Notes under the pieces: generated by a model
What the model saw: the letters and a program-made list of their open reading frames with translations, nothing else
The model's database searches: none
Told to the model about the DNA's origin: nothing
Made by a program: the position numbers and the translations under genes
Origin: Fimbriosthenelais zetlandica
Lineage: Eukaryota
Length of the DNA: 64,000 bases
Direction: 5' to 3'
NCBI GenBank assembly: GCA_977030845.1
Contig: OZ365109.1
Coordinates: forward strand, 52,576,001 to 52,640,000
Shown here: piece after piece, positions 37,601 to 49,600 of the stretch
Layout: every line of letters starts with the position of its first letter
Numbering within the stretch: the stretch's first letter is position 1

Positions 37601-40600
37601 TGAAGGTCATGTGTCTTGGCAGATGGTAGGTAGAGATGTAGGTGGATGGGGAGGTGATATGTTGCAGGTTGAAATTATTATTGACGAGTTGATATCGGGA
37701 CACTAGTTGTGGTCCTTGGATGTTCTTAATTAGTTCTCGATCGGTATTACTAAAAGAAATGTCTGAAATTAAAATTAATAAAGTTGAGAACTGACATTAC
37801 GTGTAAGAATATCATTTTCACACTCTTTGTCAAGCGACACCCACTTAGCTTTTATCACAGTCCTTTTTATAATTACATTAGAAATATGACATGATTAAGT
37901 GGAAGGGAATTTCTTCATTTACAAGAATGACCAGATCAGAAGTCAAATCGACATGTGTGTAACACTTAACTCTTGGGTTTGCATGACGCCAGTGACTGAT
38001 TATTATTAAGTCTGTCCCATACCTCAAGTTGGCGAAGAGAAAACATCATCTGGCCTAAGAACTGCAGTGTTCAACCTGAAAAAAGCAAATATATATATAA
38101 GTATTTATTAAATATTGTTGAACTACTTTTTATGCAAATGGGTTTGGGAAATTACCTTGTCAGGAGGTTCCTTAAAACGATTGTTTCCTTATTATGTGTT
38201 TGTTTGGGGGCGTGCGGTGTTTGTGCATTTGTGACAAGATGGCGGACACCTGTCCAGGTGAGGACAGGTGTTAGCAAAAAGCTAGGGTCTAGTGGGTCTC
38301 TAATTAGGTCAGCATGCATGCCGCACTCCCGGTCTGTACCTGACCTGATTCGAGGACAAATAATAATCATGTAATGGTCTATATGGCAGTATGGGATTAT
38401 CCCTAGGTTTATGGGATTATCCCCAAAATAAAGTTGCATTCAAATGTGTGCACAGTCAGTGTTAGCCTAGTGTTGCGCTCATAGCCTACCACGTGTTAGT
38501 ATTGTTACCAACACTGTGACTGTATGATATAAAAGTTTGCATACAGGTAGGAGTAGGCCCGCCATCTTTGATTATATGCCCCGGGATTGTGCTTAAAAAA
38601 TGTTTCCATTACTACGTTGTCTTGGCATAAATTGACTCGAAATAGGATACAAAGTGTTCTTGAACACCTTAACTATTTTGAAGTATTATATGTTAAGGTG
38701 CATTCGCTAAAAGTTTGGAGAAAAATCAAGAAATATAAGACCATGAATTACCTACCTGTTTGAATTGGAGACAAGATGGCGGAAGTCGGAAGTGAGAACT
38801 CTCCTGATGCAATGCGAAAAAGCTTAGCGATTCAAACAATCCAATGATAGGTCCCTTATATATAAGCATGGGTCTCTGAACATACTGTGTTAAATCGATT
38901 TTATTATCGTTTTCAATACTAGTAATGAAATATATTTCCTGTGTTGGCACAAAAGAATAAACGACATAATATTTGTTAGGACCTGGTGGGGGAGTTGTGA
39001 ATGGAAAGCAGGGTAGGCTTTCGCAAACTGGCTTAGGTTATAAGATTTAACACTATTCATGTTTCATGCGAGTGGACAATGTCACCTCACAAGGTGTGAA
39101 CAATTATCCATGATTTAGCTGCTGCTTTAACACATTTCACATACTTAGCACAGGACTAATGCATGTACAGAGTGGAAAGAAATGAGCCAGAATTAGGCCT
39201 ATATGTTTCCATATTTCAATTAGTAAGATATGATAAGTTACAGTGTTTGAATATGAAAGCTTCCGCAGTGAAATACTATAGGCTTTATGGACTGCAGAGC
39301 CATACATGCGGGATGACTGATGGTTTGGCCGCTGTCTGTACACGAGTATATACAAATTCTTAAATTTACATGAAAAAGTTAAGACAAATCATTCCAAATA
39401 GTCACATAATTAGGTGGAATATTAATACTACATCATCCTACTATAGTACTGTATATATGACCCACTCCGAGGAGAAATAGAATGGGAAAAGTATACTGTG
39501 GAACTTCTGCCTATGAGCTTATGCAGTAGACCACCGGCCATACTGGCTTTATGGACTGCAGAGCAACACATGCGGGATGACTGATGGTTTGGCCGCTGTC
39601 TGTACACGAGTACATACAACTTATTAAATTTACATGAAAAAGTTAAGACAAATCATTCCAAATATTCATATAATTAGGTGGAAGATTAATACTACATCAT
39701 CCTACTATAGTACTGTATATATGACCCACTCCGAGGAAAATGGAATGGGAAAAGTATACTGTGGAACTTCTGCCTATGAGCTTATGCAGTAGACCACCGG
39801 CTAATGGTTTGGCCGCGGTTGGTGATGTACGGGATATAGTTATATAGCTTCATAAATATTCATATCATTATGTAGGAATTTAATACTACATCATCTTATT
39901 ATAGTACTGTATATATGCCCCACTCCTCTCCCCCACCAGCATCCCCGAAGGACAGGATGATAAAGTTGTGACTGAATATAAGGATTTCACCCTATGCAAT
40001 TTTTCATTGAATTCTCACCCTACAAGGTGTGAACCAAAAGTAGCGTTTCACACATTTGTAACTTAGGCCTACACCTACAGGAAAGTGATAAGTTTGCAAT
40101 GCAATACCCGGCCTATAATTATTTATCTTACTGCACTTCCTCTGCTTTCTAACCAGGTGACCAAATGCATAAGATCACTGGCAGTACGGCCACAGTTTAC
40201 CCTTTCCCTTTTATTTATAACCACATTTACAAAATAAGTGTTTTCAAAAACTTAAGACACATCGGGACACATACACATATAATTAGGTCGAAGTTTGACA
40301 ATAATTAAATCATCTCAATCTACATTTGACATCATTTGCGACCATCAGTTTCAAATCGGGGTTTCACTGCCTATTTAATAGGCAGTATGGCATGTCGGTG
40401 GTCTACTGCATAAGCTCATAGGCAGAAATCCCACAGTATACTTTTCCCATTCTATTTCTCCTCGATTAGGCCATACAAATATTTGCAAATGTGATACTAA
40501 GTTGCATAATAATATGACAGATAGCCACCTCCGACTTTGGGAAATTTATGTTACCCAAAAATGAATTATTTAGTAAAAATAGGATTTGGGGACAACTGCA

Positions 40601-43600
40601 TGTATAGCGCCCGCCCTACTGCGGTCGCGCGGGGAGAAAGCCGAGATGCAGTCCATTTTGACTGGATGCATTATAACCAGTCATGGCCACCAGGTGAGGC
40701 CGCACTACAGCTAGAGGCGGCGCTACTCGGGTATGTACAGGGGTATCGGGTTCAAGAGGTGACCACCAAATTGTGACGTTAATGTCCATGTAATCCTCTG
40801 AAAATCCTAATGTAAAGATTTCACACCCTAACATGATGATGGTATCAGCAGATGGTATCTGCATTACTTTCTTTAGCTGAGGCACATCATGTCATTATAA
40901 TACGTAATAGGAAGTTCCTTCCTTGAAGCAACGACTATGAAATCTATACTCGATGCTTCAAGTATTAATCCTCATAGATTCTTTCCAAGTGAGTGATTGG
41001 AAATGATTTTCTTGAGTTGGCTATAATGTCCACAGAAGAGGAAATGTTTCCGAGAAATATCTTCATTCTGAATTCCTTCTCAATTTGCCAGTACAAATGT
41101 GTGATGTAAATATGTTGACATTCCTTGTTTGCTCTCAATGAGCCGAGTTCCTCTAGATACGTATGACTGCCAAACAGATCTTAAGTTTAGGCCATGTAAG
41201 TGGCCAGTTCCTGCCTCAAAGCATGAGGCATTGTGTAGTCAGCGAGTGTTTTTAGAATGACATTTCACCAGAAACCATGGCTGACCGACACCTAAGATTT
41301 TAACTTCTGTTTTATGCCTTAATCCATTTCATACAAAACAGTTATTTCGATGAAATATTGGCCTCCCTATTATTTAGAAATAATCTTAAATCATAGCAAA
41401 ATATACGATCTTTCTAATGAAGAACCACACATAAAGTGTCGGTGTAATTTCTAAAGGGACGAGGTCACAAACATGAAAGCCTGGGGAACATTCTCTTTCT
41501 CCATTCCAAGTTTGGGTCAGACTCAATGTCATGTCATGACATCTATGTCGTTCGGAATGTCGTCATTGGCATAGAGCAATATACCTAGCTCAAAGGTTGG
41601 TTGGACATGTCTTAATGTCACAAGAATACTATAGAATGAAATTCAAGTAAAGTGCCTTGGGTTGTTCTGCAAATATATTCCCATAGTAACATCAGGAAAA
41701 TGATCAATAGCCCTGGGGCTTTTGCAATACAAGTTTTCCTTCTAAAAGCTTAATGAAGAAAGCAGCTGTTCCCTTCATGCAAACTTTTGTTTTAATTTGA
41801 TAATGAGCTTTTAAGTAGGATCCAGGCATCTTTAAAATCACATATCCTACGTAGAATGTCTACATTCTACCACAGGAAGAGATTATTGAATAATTAAGTC
41901 CCTAAATCTGTGGATGAAATGTATTTCTTCCACAAATTCATAGAAAATTCCCACTGTAATATCATTGTGAATTTAGTTTAAGTAGACATTAATTGGCACC
42001 TCCGGTTTACCATCATCATAATCTTGATAAATCACAAAATTAGGAAAGAGGCATGGAAGTAGGCTTACTGGTCAATTGGCAATATTTTTACTGGTTAATT
42101 CCTTACATCAACATTAAACGCACCTGTAAATAAGTGAAGAATTAAGCGGCATTCAGTAATGGTTTACTCAGGCCATGGGATTAAACTCTTAGCAATTACA
42201 TAATACCTCCCCATTCCTCCTCAACCATTTCAAAACAGGTCCTATTCAAATTAAGCTGCTCAAGACTTTAAGAACTTCTCAAAAGTACGGTAGAGCTAAA
42301 AATGAAGCTTATTCAGGAACCCACCTGAGGTTAGGTTGTTTATTACGGTTGTGTTTCAACTTGAACCCCTGAAGCATACCCTTAGTTCTTTTATGATGAG
42401 TTGTAACGCTTGAGCTAACGTCAGTTATTTTTTAAAGGGATCCACTAAAGCTGATGATCCAAAATGATAACTATTTATGCAGAGAATAACACATAGTGCT
42501 CTATCACGGAACACCTGCTTGGCAACATTAAACAAACCTATATGATATATCGCCATCATTTGAGAGTGGTACATGGTGGTGCCCTCATCAATTAACATTT
42601 TTAGTTAATATTTCATGTATATTTCATCCTCTGGTCTTATTTTAAAGGAGCTATTTAAGGCACTACATTTATGGTTGTTTACAAGCTGATTCAGGGTAAA
42701 TATAAGCCAGATAATGATAGGAACATTCCCAAAATCCTAAGAGATAGTAACATTGGACCTGAACCTTATAAATTCAATATAATATTTGTAACTAAATAAC
42801 CTATTGATGCTATGAACCAAGCATGTCAAAATCTGGGCACCATTTAATAAGCAAGCTCCCAAGCCACACATAAGGATATTTCAGTCTCAGTCATCCCAAA
42901 TCAATATTCATGATGTAATTATGGGCATCGATTATTGATATCAATCATCATTATGTAACTCATTGGAGCAGGCTGTGTTGAGGTAAATTATACCATGAAG
43001 TAGGAAGACGAATATACAACCATACAGCTAGTATTCAGACAGAATGACTTTGACTTATTCCAATCTTAAGAAAAAAGGGTGTGGATTACCATTGCCTATA
43101 TCAAAATTCAAGGGTTGGTATTCTGTCAATACATGCATGTTTATAGGAGTACTAGAGGTCTATATTTTTGGTCAGGCTCTAAATATTATCCAGACCTTAT
43201 TAATATATTGTTCAGACTATAGTGTAGGTCTCCGTAAAATCCTCTCCATCTTTCTCTATGAAAGAAATATAATTCAGTGATAGGAATGATTCACTACAGT
43301 GACAAATGGTTAATGCAAGGATCAACAGTCAGGAGCATGTGATGAAGTCAATATCCATGATATAATGTTAAACAGGAATGTATAATAATAATTAAGAGTA
43401 ACCGCTATAGCGTAATAAATAATCATTATAATTAAAGCACCTGCTTACATGATCAAGATAATTAGACAAATTCTATAATGTATATTCCCTGCAAAACAAC
43501 CCGCTATCTGAAATAATATACTTCGATCCCTACAAATTACTTACGGTTCACTCGCTTATATATATTAGATATATAGCCTATTTTATATGGAAGTATTTGT

Positions 43601-46600
43601 CCTTTAATAGCAGTAAAAATCATTAAAGCAGTATTCCCAAAGTTCATTCGAGAGAGAAAATAAATTTCTTCAGGCAAATTCCAGGGTTCAGGGGTTAAGT
43701 AAATATGGTTTCAGGGGATTATCAGTGCAGAACCTCGGAGCAATCGGGTAGAAATTTTAAGATTTGCCCCAAATTAACCCCCATAGGTTTCCAATTATAA
43801 TAATGACTCTCCAATTATGATGAATTATTGCGCTTTAAGTCACAAATATTATTGCCGAAGTAGGCAATGATCCAGAATTATGAATGTCAGAATGATTCAT
43901 TTTAATCCCGTTTTTAACTCATGTGTGAACCTTTAAGATTCAAATTTTACTTAACAATATACGACTGACGAGAAAGGAACCAGGGGCAAGAGCAGTTCGG
44001 AGCAATCAGAAGTTTAAATTACTTACCGGATTCCTTCAACAAACAGCCCAAAGTCACAAATCAAATGGTATCCAACAAGAGCAATATAGGCCTATAATAT
44101 TACAGCACGAGGTGGCTATCTAAATGTGTGTGTGCCAACTGTGGAGAAGAATAGACTTTATACATGACCCCAGTCCAGCTGGAGCTGGGCCTGCACTGTC
44201 TTCAATCGACCTGAACCACAGGCTGAACATGTTACCTGATTACTCTTGCTTGCCTCACGTGATCATGTAGACGCTCGTTTGTAGGCTGGTCCCCTGTGCC
44301 AGATGTAAAGGTTCACGTGTTGACACCTGAGCATGTGCTGTGCTCATGTATAAATGGAGCTAGCCACAAGTTGAAAACAAATACCATGTAATGCTCCATC
44401 AAAGGCATATTGTGGTTTGCTGGTCTATTTGTACTGCATGTGTCACATGTACCGGTGCTGTGGCTTTGTTAATCGGAAGGTGTGGTGAGGAGTGGTGCAA
44501 GAGCAACTCCTGAGCTGGTGCTGATCATTGGTTAAATATAAAACATTCATCATACCTGCACCTGATAAGCTCTTATTATTAATGGCTCCAAATTAATGTT
44601 ATCCCAGGTAATTTAATCCTATTATCAGAACAGGTTCAGGCCTAGTCAGTTTTAAACTTTTGAATCTCCTCCTCTGGCCTCATTGCATGCTACTCCACTT
44701 CATTATCTAAGCTCGAGCGAAATTATCACAAATCCAAGCTCCCATATCAATGAATATACATTGGGATTATTCTAATCCACATAGAAAGCACGGTAAAATG
44801 GAATTAAGGTAGATTTTTGCTTGAAAGCAAAATAAAACGTAGATTGCTATGATTCAGACAGGCTGACCTCAGAACAATATTGGAATTCATTTGGGTAATT
44901 CAGGTCTATTCAACAAAATTAATTGAATTTGATTCGTAGATCTCTAGCTCAGGAGTATGTAACATAAAGATTATGGTTTAAATGTCTTGTTATTTATGTT
45001 GAAATCAAGTCTCAACCTATCTTAAACTAAAAATTTTGAATGACAGACTAGAGTCATTATCCAAATTTCTTGCTTGACGGAATTTATGTCGAACAGAAAG
45101 AAGCAAATTATTTTGAAGAAGAAAAAACTATTTTGTCATCCCAACAGACCCATTAATCATTGAGTCAGTTTGATTAATCTTCCCAGAGAAATCTGGAACA
45201 TAATTTGGAAACCAGTCATTTATCAATTAGCAATTCTTATTCAGCTGTCTAAGATCATAGCTAAACAAAAAGACAAATTAATATCAGATCGCTATGAAGG
45301 GGTTGACAAGTTAATAGTTTGAGTCCAGGTATTAAATACATTCCTTGTATTTTTTCAGACAACCATCCATTCATTGCAGCAAACCTATGGAAAAATAGCT
45401 GCTGCTGTGCATTGATTTCCACACAGCCTTCTCTACATAACGTAACATGGGCCATTAGTTCAATGTGCAACATGCGGCCAGCTGTTAGTGCTCAACCAGT
45501 CGATAATAAAAAATAATCGATGCAAAATTGATTGCCTTTGTAATCCTTCTGAAAATTGATTAAATTATATAAGATAATTATACCAATATAAATGTGTCTG
45601 TATGGTTTCAATATCAGAAATATTGGAAATTATGAACAAGCTATTGAATTGATTTATCGGCATAATCTAGCGAAGGAAGTATTATTGGGCCCAAACAACT
45701 TCATCGCAAAAGTGTATGCATATAAGAGTTTCTAAGCTAAGTCAATCTAAAAGGTCATCAGAGAACCATGAGGCGATGAAACCTACATAAATCTCTAGCG
45801 TTTTATTTGAAATTCAAGATGCAATGACCGTGAAACCACGGTTAAATCCTATGAGAAAGTTTATATTCATAGATCAGTCCTGATATTTGAGATCAAATAT
45901 CTCAAGGTAATATAGAAAGCATTGGTGAATTTGTGCGTGTAAATCTCCAAAGGTTCATGCACAGACAACTAACTGCTTTTGTAGGGTGGTAGGCAGGAGA
46001 GGTAGATAGTGAGATAGAGTACCATACAGCCTGCAGCTTACCGTCCTACTAGGGTGGTGTACATACAGAGATCCTCTAATCTCATGCAAATATTTATCAT
46101 CCCTGTCTTATATAAAGCCTTTTCAAGAATTCCCAGACGGATCAGGTTCGGTTAAAATATTTCAGCATTTCCTTCCTCCATGCAAAAAGGAACTATGAAT
46201 ATCCTTTGTTTTCAAAATCATGAACCTTCCCAAACATCTGGGGCATTTATGACTTGGTCTTACAATTGTTTAAAATTAATATAATTATGATGAATTATCC
46301 CATTATAGAGAGTGTGACCTATTTTGGTCATTCGAGCATAATTCCCCAAAAAATCTCTCAGCAAAATTAATTCATGGAAGCATGTAATGTGCATGATTTG
46401 TAAATATGAAAAAGAATCTCAATGCATTTTTATTTGCCAGAAGTTTATGTAAAGGGTATTTTTATATATCAAACACGCAATAAACGTACTCTTTATACAA
46501 CGATTTGTTTTGATGTCAACCATCTTATAATCGCAATATTATGTACAGTTTGGGTTTAAAAACTCCGTACAAACAGTGAGGCTGTTCCTTATAGGACTAT

Positions 46601-49600
46601 AAAAAGAAAACACCTATTTTTCTTTGCCACATTCCACAACGGGGGGATCCAGGGGCCCGCGCATAAGGAGGGTTATGAAAATGTCCCGCTTGGTGATTTT
46701 CAAACAGGCCATATTTAAGCCATATCTCCAGCCTGTGTTCAGAACTGCCTACAGACCACCTCAGTAAAGAATGGTCCCTTTCAAATCGATTTATCCCACA
46801 CATAATTCATATGTCAGTGGCTTATGAATAAATCTTCAAGATACATTAAAAGTGTATTATTTTTTAAATAAGACCCAAGTGTTGACCTTAGAACGGCATG
46901 CATTGGGCTTCTTATACATGGGAATGTATTTCGAAAGTTGAAGGATTAATTGCTGCCTACATTTATAGCTGCTGTCCATAATATAATTCTGATGTAAGGG
47001 TTTTGCGAAAGGAGGTAGTCTCCTAACGCCCTTGAAACCCACATATCCCCAAACATCCTCGCAATATCTATTTGCAGATGAACACCTTGGTATTCTAAAC
47101 CCCGTTCAGGGAGGCTGTGTGAACTATAGAGGGGACATGCCCAAACTATTTACTCAAATCCCGTTGGAAAAACAGCTTGTTCATTGATGGATCTGTCTCT
47201 TCAGGTGTCAGCCCTAAAAGGCTCATTCTGATGTTATCTTGACTCGAGGATTTTGCACGCATGCAGTTTGAAAACATGTCCTGAAAGTGACCCTATTATA
47301 AGGCCAGAGGCTTTGATGGTTTAATCCCATCAATTATATATGGAAGAGCACACATTTCTGAGGAGATGGTGACATGTTCAAAATAATCTCTTTGAAACCG
47401 GCACAGAAAACATGTGAATGCTTCTATCTTCCTTTGACTTTACTACCAAAAATAGAAATCAGAATTTCTGAAACGTGTACATGTAAATCCTTAGATTTTG
47501 TGAGACATTCGAGGAGAATGCTATATACAATCAAAAGGAGGGAAGGAAAGCATCAGTAGTAGACCACATTTTTATTTGCAGGTGGGACCAAGTGTTTGGT
47601 TCCTAACCTAGATGCCACTTTAATGAATCATACACCTGGTTTCGTGATTAATTTTGTGCAGGCAGGCACTGGTATGTTTCTTTTTTTAGTTTTTGTTGAA
47701 CAGTCTGGACATGAATAGGAGAGGGAATCTCTAGAGATCAACAACTCGAACAAAAAACTTTCAACTGGTTTAAAAAATCAAATAATACTCAAAGCTAATT
47801 TTCCAACTATAAAGTAGTAAGATTCCCAATGTGTAAATTATCTTAAAGCGAAAACAACGGATTTCCAGCAGAAACAATGATTTAACATTACATATAAAAT
47901 GAATAAAAGTATATACAAAGAACTGCCAAGGGATAACTGGTTGTAATCAAGCACCATGGCGCCACCTACACAGACGTCACGCTGTTAGCAAGTAACTCCC
48001 CCTAACAGAGGCTAGGCGCATCAAGATAAACTGAGTGAATGATTTTGACACCAGAGGGCAACCTGGGCGCTATTGTAGGACAGGTATGTAATGTGCATAT
48101 CAGCTCAAACAGTTAATGTTTCACCTGAAGTTGGTCTAGTTCTATATCAAATGTAAAATACAAGTGTAGTAAGCTGCACAGGATGGACGAATGCTGAGGC
48201 TGTGGCTAAAAACTATAATGGAATGCAGGACGTTCTGTGTACGTACCTTTCAGACGCAAGTACAAAGTCTGTTCAAATTAAATGGCAGTTCTTTACATTT
48301 GTGGAGAAATGGGATTTGCAATCATAAGCAATTTCTGCACAAGAAAGTGACAAAATCAGCCGCATTATGTTACACTTGATGTTTACACACGCACATGTTA
48401 ATGATGCCTAAATGTGGTGGTTCATATCTTTTTACATGTACAATGACAATTATAAATCTCGCCTGTTCCATATTGTGCACCGATCATATAAATTCAAGAC
48501 ATCTCTCGGAACTTGTTGACTTGAAAAGAGCCACTGTTTCACTTTTAGGTCATTTGATAACCGGACATTGCAAAACTTGGGAACAAAATATCTCTTTTCT
48601 CCACAGACACTGTAAGGGAAAACTTCAGTGAGTATTCACACAGGGGGGGAAGCAGACACACAAAACCTCTCAGCAAGGCTTCTATAACTGAAAGGATAAC
48701 TGTAACCTGTCTGACTACTATTTCTTAAAAGCAACATGGCCAAGATTTATAGCCAAAAAACTGTTGGTTCTTGTACACGTGCGAGCCTAAATATACCTTA
48801 AGTTAACTCTGCCTTGAGCGGTAAAAAGTCAACACGGTTTTCTGCTAAGAGGGTATTTTCTTCTATTACATGGTGAGCGTGAAGATGAAGATAAGAGGAA
48901 ATGATAGTTGTCAGCTTGTTAGGCTGTCTGTTACATGAATGTGCCTCCAAGACCAGAGTAAGTAAAGGGTATAGACAGATGGAGGGGAAAGATCTTCAAT
49001 GAATGAATGAATGAATGAATGTGTTGATGGGTGGGTGGACGAGTGAATGCATGAGTGGATGGATCAATGGACGCATGGATGGATTTTCGTGTTACACTGA
49101 CAAAGGTGAAAGCAGGGCCAATGTCAAATTACTTATAATCCATTCAAGAACTCAATAGTCTTGCGAGAATAATTTATGCAAGTCTTCAAAGAACCCCTAA
49201 GAATTCTTCCTATATAGATAAGAATTCATATTGGAGAGAATAACAGGTAGAAAATCAAATATAGCTACACCTGTTGTTCTTTATTATATATACAGTTCAT
49301 TATGATCACATAGCCATATTATTGGCATATATAGTGATAATTCACGGCCAATAGCATCATATCATTGGAGCCACGAATATTGACGTCAACCCAATTGTTT
49401 CTGACTGACTTGCTCGATCTATGATGGAAACAGTGATTCCTCTACCTAAGAAGTATTTGTCAGTATACCGTCGCTATGGTAATCGATTTAACCACAGATC
49501 GAAGACATGTCTTATACAATAATAACATCTATATAACATCATGTGGTTACCCTTTAGGTATCGATCCAAAGACAGATCAAAGTGATAGTTACTTTCTTTA

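Noticed and set aside
39281-39925. CRISPR-like array
   Set aside because: These are long near-identical units without unique spacers, in a eukaryotic intron with no cas genes.
47955-47975. CTCF-like motif (TAGGTGGCGCC on minus)
   Set aside because: Only the 3' half matches the consensus; expected by chance in 64 kb.
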